Assembly: GCF_000270205.1 (NCBI RefSeq)
Contig: NC_015913.1
Coordinates: 1,070,188 to 1,102,187, forward strand
Source: Candidatus Arthromitus sp. SFB-mouse-Japan
GTDB lineage: Bacteria > Bacillota > Clostridia > Clostridiales > Clostridiaceae
Direction: 5' to 3'
DNA length: 32,000 bases
Shown here: one piece after another, positions 8,541-16,182 of the stretch
Layout: each line of letters starts with the position of its first letter
How positions within the stretch are numbered: position 1 is the stretch's first letter
Program-made: the position numbers and the translations under genes
The notes under the pieces: generated by a model
What the model was told of the DNA's origin: nothing
The model's database searches: none
What the model saw: only the letters and a program-made list of their open reading frames with translations

Positions 8541-9203
8541 CTACTTTGTTAATTGTATAATCTTAACAATATCATTTATTTTATATATCAAATGATCACT
8601 ATTTTTCATAACAAGAGATATATTTTCATCTTCATAAAGTTTCTTGAATAGTTTCAATTTGTGTTCAACATCTAGTAAAAATTTTTCATTTACTGCTTGT
8701 ACCGATACGTCATTCTTATATGTAACTGAATCATTTATTTTTCCTAATATAAAAGATAAAACACTGTCTAAATCTTCATTTAATAAATACAAATAAATTT
8801 CAACAATACATAAAAGATCAATTTCTTCCAAAAGGTCAACAAGCTTTACACACAAATTGATATCAAACTTATTTTTTAATGTCATCCCTCTTAATATAGA
8901 ACTTATATGAAATAAAATATTTTTTACATCATCGTTACTAAAAATCCCATTACAAATATTTTTGATATGTCCAACATTGATAGATCTATTTCTAATGTGA
9001 GCATTTAAGTTTAGTTGATTAATATAGCTTCTTACGATTTCAAAAATTCTCCCCGAAAAATCGCTAAATAATTTATAGAAAGTATTTCGAAATTCGTTTA
9101 ATACTTTTGAATAATCAAAGGAATCCTCTAAGTCATTTAATAATTCTATAGCATTATGACCTTCATTAAATAAGAAAAAATATCTTTCATTGCAGTATTT
9201 CAT
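8541..9203 (-). CDS. Hypothetical protein (predicted all-helical, no recognisable motif)
   Basis: 220-codon ORF with an AAGGAG RBS ~10 nt upstream and its own terminator. I recognise no signal peptide, TM segment or family motif. Confidence 0.55.
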   Translation of the reverse strand: MKYCNERYFFLFNEGHNAIELLNDLEDSFDYSKVLNEFRNTFYKLFSDFSGRIFEIVRSYINQLNLNAHIRNRSINVGHIKNICNGIFSNDDVKNILFHISSILRGMTLKNKFDINLCVKLVDLLEEIDLLCIVEIYLYLLNEDLDSVLSFILGKINDSVTYKNDVSVQAVNEKFLLDVEHKLKLFKKLYEDENISLVMKNSDHLIYKINDIVKIIQLTK

Positions 9204-9294
9204 CTGATTTTTACTCCTTATTTATTACCAAATTATTAACTAATTATTATTATTTTAACATATTATTTACTTTTTCTTCAATATATTTTGATCT

Positions 9295-9327
9295 AAAAAA
9301 CAAAAAAAACCTCCTTCAGGAGGTTTT
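9295..9327 (-). terminator. Intrinsic terminator of the SBP-M28 peptidase operon
   Basis: Stem aaaacctcc (9306-9314) / ggaggtttt (9319-9327) with a ttca loop. On the minus strand it is followed by TTTTGTTTTTT. The stem overlaps the peptidase stop codon. Confidence 0.8.
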
Positions 9328-10267
9328 AAATACCAGTCAATATAAATTCTTTAATTAAACTTATATATCCTACTAAATGTTCTCTTATTCTTTCATCAAA
9401 AAAGTTCTCTAAAAAATTCATGTTATCCATTGGAGTGTGAATTATTCTTCCGAACATTTCAGTTTGTGTACGTCCATCATTCTCCCCAATGTTCCAATTT
9501 GTAGATTCAAAATACAGAACAGGTATTCCAACTTCAAAAAACGGATAATAATCACTTTTAGTATTTGTAAAGCTTAACTCTTCCCCATCTCTAGGATTAA
9601 TCATTATATCTATCTCCATATTTTGAGCTACTTCTATCAGCTTTTGCAAAAATATATTGTCTATTTCATCAATTTTTTCATCTTTATAAACATTATAAAC
9701 ATACATATTATCACCAGATAGTAATGTATCTAAATTAATCATATACTTTATTTTTTCCTTATCAGAATCACTTAATGATTCAACATAATTATATGATCCA
9801 TGAAGTCCTCGTCCTAATAAATTTATCTCTTCAGCTCCAAAAAATATAAATTTCAAATCATAATGGGTTTGTGTATTTCGGAATATTTCGCAAAGTTCTA
9901 AAAGCGTAGCAATTCCAGAAGCATTATCATCGAATGCATTACCTTCAATACGTCCGTCATAGTGTGCACCTAAAATTATAACTTTTGAAGAATCAAGACC
10001 TTTTTTATTTACCTCAATGTTTGCAGTTTCATATCCATCAACATCAAATTTATGAATATCTACTTCATATCCTAAATCTTTCAGGGTCTTTTCTATATAA
10101 TTTCTAGAATTTATTTCACTTTGTGTAACTAATGCTCTACTTCCTATTAATGAAAATTTCAATAAATGTCTATATGCAATATCTCCATTAATTGCCATAA
10201 CATTAAGTAAATCAAAATTACAAATCAATATTATAAAAACTACAACTATTTGTATATATTTTTTCAA
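9326..10267 (-). CDS. Secreted M28-family metallo-aminopeptidase
   Basis: M28 Zn-ligand blocks are visible: ILGAHYDG, FDDNASGIATLLELCEIF (D-N-x-S-G) and FIFFGAEEINLLG (G-x-E-E-x-G-L-x-G). There is an N-terminal hydrophobic signal sequence. The start is TTG with a GGAAGGGG RBS. It lies 22 nt downstream of the SBP gene. Confidence 0.8.
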   Translation of the reverse strand: MKKYIQIVVVFIILICNFDLLNVMAINGDIAYRHLLKFSLIGSRALVTQSEINSRNYIEKTLKDLGYEVDIHKFDVDGYETANIEVNKKGLDSSKVIILGAHYDGRIEGNAFDDNASGIATLLELCEIFRNTQTHYDLKFIFFGAEEINLLGRGLHGSYNYVESLSDSDKEKIKYMINLDTLLSGDNMYVYNVYKDEKIDEIDNIFLQKLIEVAQNMEIDIMINPRDGEELSFTNTKSDYYPFFEVGIPVLYFESTNWNIGENDGRTQTEMFGRIIHTPMDNMNFLENFFDERIREHLVGYISLIKEFILTGI

Positions 10268-10289
10268 TCATACACACCCCTTCCGAGAA

Positions 10290-12032
10290 TCATTTTCTCA
10301 AAATTATTTCATCATAATAAAATGTTTTAAATACATTAGTCGAATTTATTCCAAAAATTCTTCCATTATAAGCATCAAACTTTTTACGTTGAAATAATGG
10401 AATTACTGGCAAATCTTCTCTAAGAATTTCATAAGCTTCAAGATAAAAATTTCTATTTGCTTCTATATCAAAATTTGTATCTATATTCGTTAATAATTCA
10501 TCTAAGCTTTGATTGGAGTAAGAAAAATAATTGTTTACTCCCGATGTATAAAAACTCTTGTACCAATTGCTGCCATAAGTAAACTCATCATCAACCAAAA
10601 ACAAATCATAATTATGTTTTCTTGCACTCACATCTGAAAAATCATTAATATTGACATATTCTTTAATCAATGAAATTCCAATATTTTTAAGATTATTTTC
10701 TATTATCGGAAAAATATCTTGACATATGGAACTATTTTCCTGAACCAAAATATTAAATTGCAGAGCCTTACCATCTTTTTCTAAAATTCCAGATTTATTT
10801 TTAACCCATCCATGTTCATTTAAAATTCTGACTGCTTCGTTCTTGTTAAAATCATTTTTCATATTATCTTTATCATAAAAAAATTTTTGAAATGCTCCAT
10901 CAATTGGAGCATCTATAATATTAAAATTTTTATCCGATATATTCTTTACAATTTGGTTTTTATCTATACATACATTAATTGCTTTCCTGATAGAAATATC
11001 TTTCAATAATTCATTTGAATGATTTATTCCGATAGAACCATAATCATATGTATCAAACATATATCCATTTAAAAATTGAGCATTTGATGCCTCTTCAATA
11101 TTTTCATTATTTGGCAAAATATCATATGCTATATCAATATTTCCAGATATCAAATTATTTATATACGATTTTTCATCAACCTTTTTAAAAGTTAATGTTG
11201 AAATATCACTTTTATCCTTGTAATAATAATCATTAGTTTTAAGAATCAAATAATCATCTTCATAAGCAAAAAATTTAAATACTCCATTACCAAAAGGTTT
11301 TAAATTTTTTTCAACAATATCATTTGCTTTCCCTTGATAATAATATTGACCATAATATATGTAAGAAAGAGGATAAATATTTAAAAGTCCAATTGTTTGA
11401 ATACTTGGATTTTCCACATTGACTCTAAAATTATAATCATCTATAATTTCAATTCCTTCAATTGTGTTACTTGTTCCACTGTTATAATCTCTCCAATTTT
11501 TTAAGTTCAATGTTTCTCGATCAAAACTTCCTCTATAATCTCCATCCATTAAAAATTTATATGTAAAATCAATGTCTTTTGTCGTCAACTTTGTTCCATC
11601 TTCCCATAATAAATTCTCTTTCAATGAAAACAAATAAGTTTTCTTATCTTCCGAAACTGTAGGAAGTTGTTTTAAAATATTTGGATAAAACTCACCATCA
11701 TATCCTACCTTCATTAAAGGTTCCCAGATAGCATCAATCACATAATAATCAGATTTAGACTCAACGAAATATGGATTAAAATTAAACTTGCCTAAAAACT
11801 TCACACCAACATTTAATATATCTTGCTTTGCCATAGCATTATTAACATAAGTATTAAAATTACTAGCACTTATATATAAAGTATCCTTATCAAATTTACC
11901 CGATCCTCTATGTATGTTATCAACTTGTATTTTGTTTCCATTTTCCCCTTTCTTTCCTATACAAGATGAAAGTGAATAGAAAATTATCATAATAGATAAA
12001 ATTAAATTAATTTGTTTTATATATTTTTTCAT
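10290..12032 (-). CDS. ABC-transporter substrate-binding lipoprotein, family 5 (peptide/nickel, OppA/DppA type), orphan
   Basis: Signal peptide with lipobox LSSC. The size (580 aa) is typical, and WEDGTKLTTKDIDFTYKFL corresponds to the family-5 signature region W-x-D-G-x-x-x-T-x-x-D-x-x-F. No permease or ATPase genes are nearby. Confidence 0.8.
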   Translation of the reverse strand: MKKYIKQINLILSIMIIFYSLSSCIGKKGENGNKIQVDNIHRGSGKFDKDTLYISASNFNTYVNNAMAKQDILNVGVKFLGKFNFNPYFVESKSDYYVIDAIWEPLMKVGYDGEFYPNILKQLPTVSEDKKTYLFSLKENLLWEDGTKLTTKDIDFTYKFLMDGDYRGSFDRETLNLKNWRDYNSGTSNTIEGIEIIDDYNFRVNVENPSIQTIGLLNIYPLSYIYYGQYYYQGKANDIVEKNLKPFGNGVFKFFAYEDDYLILKTNDYYYKDKSDISTLTFKKVDEKSYINNLISGNIDIAYDILPNNENIEEASNAQFLNGYMFDTYDYGSIGINHSNELLKDISIRKAINVCIDKNQIVKNISDKNFNIIDAPIDGAFQKFFYDKDNMKNDFNKNEAVRILNEHGWVKNKSGILEKDGKALQFNILVQENSSICQDIFPIIENNLKNIGISLIKEYVNINDFSDVSARKHNYDLFLVDDEFTYGSNWYKSFYTSGVNNYFSYSNQSLDELLTNIDTNFDIEANRNFYLEAYEILREDLPVIPLFQRKKFDAYNGRIFGINSTNVFKTFYYDEIILRK

Positions 12033-12095
12033 TTATATAAATGCCTCCACAATTTGTATTAAATATATTATTTACAGTAAAATTGGAATTTATTT

Positions 12096-12130
12096 AAAAA
12101 ATAAAAAAAGGAAAGGAAAATCCTCTCCTT
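12096..12130 (-). terminator. Intrinsic terminator of paralog A
   Basis: 10-bp stem aaggaaagga (12108-12117) / tcctctcctt (12121-12130) with one mismatch and a 3-nt loop. A T-rich tract follows on the minus strand. It lies 5 nt after the stop codon. Confidence 0.65.
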
Positions 12131-12135
12131 TTTTA

Positions 12136-15100
12136 TTAATATCTTAGTCCCATAGAAGTAATATATTGTTTGAATTCTGATTCATTCATCATTTCACTAG
12201 CTATTCTTATTCTTAATTCTGCCAATGACTCTACTTGTAATTTATATTCATCATATTTTCCTTCCCAATACTTCTGTCCTTCTTCTTCAGGATCTCTTCC
12301 AACAACTATTTTATACATCATTTTTACGAATTCTTCTTTACTAAGATATCTGCTTATAAATTCATCTTGTTTCATCAAACCATAAATAAATTGAGTCACT
12401 GGTAATTCCTTAGATTCCAATTTTTGAACCCAAAATTTCCAACCCTCAACTTCTGGATCACGTCCAAGTGAAACAGAATAAATTTTTGATACAAATTCTG
12501 CAACTTTTCCAGTAGGTGGTTGTAATTCTTGTTTTGTCGTAAAAGAATCAATTTTATATCTAGTTATTAAACCATTCTCAAGTTTAAAAGTTATCTCTAA
12601 ATCTCTGTAAGTCGTCATTGGTTTCAAGTCGCTTAATCTTAAAATTAATGAATTTGTATCCCAAGTAAATTTAATTTTTTCATCATTCAAAGCTACACTA
12701 GATATTTTTGATTTTGGAGATGCGAATAATTCAAATACAATTTCCGCACTCTTATCAGTAGTAGTTATTTTCGTTGATTTTACATCAACAGATGGAGATT
12801 GAGGTGTGGATATTTTTGCATATTTTGATAATGTTTGTTCTTTATTATCCTTATCTTTCCAAATAAAATCAAGTTTATATACTGATTCAGTCTTTGGCTC
12901 TAGATTTGTGAATTTTAAGAGTCCTCCCTCTAACTTAAGCTCAACATTAGGATTATTGCTTGGCTTTTGGAAGTCAATTCTTAAAAATCTTTCATTTAAA
13001 TCATCAATTAATACTGGTATTTCAGCTTTTCTAGCCTCTAAAGTTTTGGCCTCAAATAAAGTTACATTAAATGAATCTGTTACACTCAACTCTGGTCCTG
13101 TCTGGTTATCAAGCGTTACATCTGGAACTTGGTGTATACCTGTAGTCGTAAAAACTGCACTTGGAGATGTAGGCGCACTAGGTATACTAACATTAGTTAT
13201 TTTATTAATATCATTCAATACTTGTCTTGTAATAAGTTCTCTCTTATCGATGTCTATATAGCTAAGTTCAAGAATCAAAAATCCATAATCTCTCTTCTCT
13301 GACAAATTATACAAAGTTAAAATAAAATAAATTTTCTCTTTCCCTTCAATTTTTTCAACTTTGTATTTCTCTTCACCTTTAAGTCCATTAACAGTTAAAT
13401 TCTTAATAGTTACATCACTATTATCAACTTCTATTACATATCTTAGAGATGTTTTATCATTCTTAACAGCAGGTATTATTGTTTTATTTGGAAGTTCAAC
13501 ATTTAATTTTGGAAAAAATACTTCAACTGTATCAGTGGAAGAAGCTGCTGACGAAAAAATTCCTTGTTTTATATCAACATATTTTTTTTCTGGATCAAGT
13601 TCTATATAGAGCTTAGGCTCTGTAAAGTTTGAAGTTCTAATTGATAAATTATGCGTGCTTACAGTTGTTACAGTTGTTACAGTTGAACTACCACTAGTAG
13701 TAGCAGATGTCATTATTTGTGAAAAGTAAAAAGTTTTTGTTATATCTTTGTCTTCTGGCTTCGCTGTTACATATAACTTTCTAAATGTATATGGAGTCGA
13801 TCTCTGTAATCCTGTTATATTAAGATATCCACCTTTTTCTGGTTTATCTGTATTAATTAAAGAAACAGATGCTGAATATTTGTTAAGTCTATCATCTTCT
13901 ACTTCCATCTTTGTTATTGTACTATCTTTATCAAATATCTTGAAAGTATTAAATCTTATGCTATTACCATTAGTTCTCAAGGCTATATTTGAAGCTGTAG
14001 TTGATATCATTTGTTCATAATCCAAATAAGTTGTATCATCTATAGAATTAAAATCAATATTCATTTTTGAACCTACATTACTATTAGGTAATGTATATAT
14101 CATATTTGAAACTTCAAGTGATGAATTTGATGATGATACTAAATAAGTTTCAAAAAGTGGTAATTGTTTACCAGTCTTGAAGTTTGTCATGCCGAATCCT
14201 TCAAGATAGTTAACAACTGATAGATTATTAAGATCAGGATAAAAAGTAATATTCTTGTTTAACGCAATAAACTGGTAATTTGTGTTAGTCTTCAAAAATT
14301 CGTATGGTTGAAAATCAGATCCATTCTTTATATCAAATTTTATAGCCATTCCATCAGCATTCAAATTCAAATTAGATGCTTTAACATTACTAGTCACAGA
14401 ATTATTGATTAATGAATCTTCTGCTATGATACTTCTTAAATAATCCATGCTTGTTGGAAATATAGTTTCTCCATCATAAATTACTGAAACTTGTTTAGGA
14501 GAAATATCATCAATATCTTTAAAACCAAATATTAATGGTAACGTATCACGATCATAATCAACATCATTAGACTGAAATACTTTTCTTAAAGCTAATGCCA
14601 AATGAGCTCTGTTTGTTATATTAGGTATTCCTGCAGGAGCACTAGGCGATGTCATCCCAGCTGGAGTTCTAACTCCATTAATATCATCAATCATCTCATT
14701 TGCAGCTTTGATCATAAAGTCTCTTAAACTAGCTGTTACAGTTGTCGGTGTACTAGAAATACTAGAAATACTAGAATCCATAAATACAACATCGTTTAAA
14801 TTAAAAGATGAAACTAATGATACTGTTGCAATAACATCCAAAATTTTTCCAGTCAATACGAAATTTGACTTAGCCTTACCTTGGAAAGTATACATTCCAC
14901 TCTCAACTGTAGTCTCTGCAGTAGATATTATTAAATCTACTCCTCCAATTGTACTCTTAAACTGCGAAATCGTTCCTGTTGGCTTAGTTACATTACTTGG
15001 AATTCTTGTATCTTCTACTGCTCTTGTCGCACCATAAACAGACATATTATCTAAATTATCTATTATTTCTTGATTAATTTTGGATTCATCTTGTAAATCA

Positions 15101-15663
15101 CTTATAATTTCTGAACTATCATTCGAAACTACTTGATCAATACTTAAATCTGGAATGATACTATCTTGGACTCCATCCATCTGTTCTACTTCCGTGTTTC
15201 CTTGATTATATTCTCCTGATCCGGACACGGTAACTCCATTCTCTTGAGCATCCGTTTGATCTTGTGAATCGTTTGTATTGTCCTCACTGTTATTTTCACT
15301 TTGTAGTGCATTTTCTTGACTGTTTGTTTCGTCATTTTCAATAATTTGTTCAGAATCTTCTTTCTTTTCAAATTCCATTTGAACAACATCTCCTTCCTCC
15401 ACTAATATTGTTTCCTCTTCTTTAGTGGATTCCTGAAAATCTTGTAATGGTTGTTCATTTTCACTCACGACCGTCTCCATATGTTCTAATTTTTCTACCT
15501 CATCTACGCTTTCAGCTGTATTTTTACTAATCCCACTATTAGCTTGCTCCATAATTTTATTATAAATTTCATTGAAATTTAATGAGTTATTATCATTTTG
15601 GTCTTTCATGAATTTTTTGATTCCTTTAAAATTAATTGATTCAATATCATTATTAGTTACCAT
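12136..15663 (-). CDS. Giant DUF4214-tailed protein, paralog A (no signal peptide; acidic low-complexity N-terminal module)
   Basis: 1175 aa. From SQFKSTIGGVDLII to the C-terminus it aligns with the three downstream-numbered paralogs, for example SLRYVIEVDNSD...RDYGFLILELSYID and PKSKISSVALND. The C-terminal ~125 aa is a tandem DUF4214-like repeat (LGRDPEVEGWKFWVQKL...VGRDPEEEGQKYWEGKY). An E/D/Q/N-rich region covers about 15049-15516. The N-terminus has no hydrophobic segment. There is an in-frame stop 4 codons upstream of the ATG and no good RBS. Confidence 0.85.
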   Translation of the reverse strand: MVTNNDIESINFKGIKKFMKDQNDNNSLNFNEIYNKIMEQANSGISKNTAESVDEVEKLEHMETVVSENEQPLQDFQESTKEEETILVEEGDVVQMEFEKKEDSEQIIENDETNSQENALQSENNSEDNTNDSQDQTDAQENGVTVSGSGEYNQGNTEVEQMDGVQDSIIPDLSIDQVVSNDSSEIISDLQDESKINQEIIDNLDNMSVYGATRAVEDTRIPSNVTKPTGTISQFKSTIGGVDLIISTAETTVESGMYTFQGKAKSNFVLTGKILDVIATVSLVSSFNLNDVVFMDSSISSISSTPTTVTASLRDFMIKAANEMIDDINGVRTPAGMTSPSAPAGIPNITNRAHLALALRKVFQSNDVDYDRDTLPLIFGFKDIDDISPKQVSVIYDGETIFPTSMDYLRSIIAEDSLINNSVTSNVKASNLNLNADGMAIKFDIKNGSDFQPYEFLKTNTNYQFIALNKNITFYPDLNNLSVVNYLEGFGMTNFKTGKQLPLFETYLVSSSNSSLEVSNMIYTLPNSNVGSKMNIDFNSIDDTTYLDYEQMISTTASNIALRTNGNSIRFNTFKIFDKDSTITKMEVEDDRLNKYSASVSLINTDKPEKGGYLNITGLQRSTPYTFRKLYVTAKPEDKDITKTFYFSQIMTSATTSGSSTVTTVTTVSTHNLSIRTSNFTEPKLYIELDPEKKYVDIKQGIFSSAASSTDTVEVFFPKLNVELPNKTIIPAVKNDKTSLRYVIEVDNSDVTIKNLTVNGLKGEEKYKVEKIEGKEKIYFILTLYNLSEKRDYGFLILELSYIDIDKRELITRQVLNDINKITNVSIPSAPTSPSAVFTTTGIHQVPDVTLDNQTGPELSVTDSFNVTLFEAKTLEARKAEIPVLIDDLNERFLRIDFQKPSNNPNVELKLEGGLLKFTNLEPKTESVYKLDFIWKDKDNKEQTLSKYAKISTPQSPSVDVKSTKITTTDKSAEIVFELFASPKSKISSVALNDEKIKFTWDTNSLILRLSDLKPMTTYRDLEITFKLENGLITRYKIDSFTTKQELQPPTGKVAEFVSKIYSVSLGRDPEVEGWKFWVQKLESKELPVTQFIYGLMKQDEFISRYLSKEEFVKMMYKIVVGRDPEEEGQKYWEGKYDEYKLQVESLAELRIRIASEMMNESEFKQYITSMGLRY

Positions 15664-15711
15664 TTTAATGTTTTATGACAAATTTAATGAACTTTATTTC
15701 ATAAAAATAAA

Positions 15712-15745
15712 TTAAAAAAATAAAGAACTCATAATAATGAGTTCT
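15712..15745 (-). terminator. Intrinsic terminator of the 85-aa ORF
   Basis: 9-bp stem agaactcat (15724-15732) / atgagttct (15737-15745) with an aata loop. On the minus strand it is followed by TTATTTTTTTAATTT. Confidence 0.7.
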
Positions 15746-15784
15746 CTTTATACAAAATAACTGCTATTAAATAATCTACCTATA

Positions 15785-16042
15785 TTAATCTGTTACACCA
15801 TCTTCTATTAAGTTAGTAGTAACAAGCTTAACATCATATCTTGTGTGATCAACTAGTTCTGCTACAGCTCTCGCTGCTGCACTCAAAATATCATTTGTCA
15901 ATCCTGACTTTATGTCTGCAATTGTTCTTGTAAATTTTCTCACAGTTCCATCAAGATTATCAGTATAAAAAGTTATTACAAGGCTAGTAGCTAGCGTTGT
16001 AGATGTTATTACTTGAGTGTTAAATAGATTGCTTACTCCCAT
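15785..16042 (-). CDS. Small protein, reminiscent of DUF1659/DUF2922 Firmicutes families
   Basis: 85-codon ORF with a GGAGA RBS ~10 nt upstream and its own terminator. The pattern LVITFYTDNLDGTVRKFTRTIADIKSGLTNDILSAAARAVAELV...VKLVTTNLIE resembles the L-x-L-x-F-x-x-x-x-G-K...I-x-D-P-K-x-x-L-T...V-x-x-A-M-x-x-I layout I recall for DUF2922/DUF1659. This comes from memory, not a search. Confidence 0.5.
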   Translation of the reverse strand: MGVSNLFNTQVITSTTLATSLVITFYTDNLDGTVRKFTRTIADIKSGLTNDILSAAARAVAELVDHTRYDVKLVTTNLIEDGVTD

Positions 16043-16079
16043 GTCTACACATTCTCCACAGCTATTATTATTTCAAAAT

Positions 16080-16140
16080 AGTAGATGAACTCGGTATAAG
16101 GGGCTTTTCTGGATAATTGGTGAATTCAAGTTCATCTACT
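16080..16140 (-). other. 12-bp perfect inverted repeat with 37-nt spacer (weak terminator or leader structure) between paralog B and the 85-aa ORF
   Basis: agtagatgaact (16080-16091) and agttcatctact (16129-16140) are exact reverse complements. On the minus strand the structure is followed by ATTTTGAAATAATAATA, then the RBS of the small ORF. Confidence 0.4.
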
Positions 16141-16182
16141 TTAATATAATATTATCTGTTATAACAATTTATTCCAAAAATT

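Noticed and set aside
12170-15389. Nested ORFs 12170-12385, 12806-13261, 13361-13609, 13748-14020, 14708-15037 (+) and 15186-15389 (-) inside paralog A. Similar ones lie inside C (21724-21990, 22267-22467) and D (25569-25952).
   Set aside because: These are opposite-strand or off-frame ORFs, expected by chance in long AT-rich genes with few stop codons on the antisense strand. They have no RBS and no recognisable motifs, and the host frames are supported by four-way paralog conservation.
12136-15663. Calling paralog A a pseudogene because it lacks an export signal and a good RBS
   Set aside because: The 1175-codon reading frame is uninterrupted and still conserves the core and DUF4214 blocks, so decay is not demonstrated. 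It is reported as a CDS with the anomaly flagged.
16157-16166. Perfect 10-bp palindrome TGTTATAACA downstream of paralog B as a regulator operator
   Set aside because: It is short and AT-rich and matches no operator consensus I know (cre, Rex, Fur/PerR, LexA, Spo0A box). It occurs once only.
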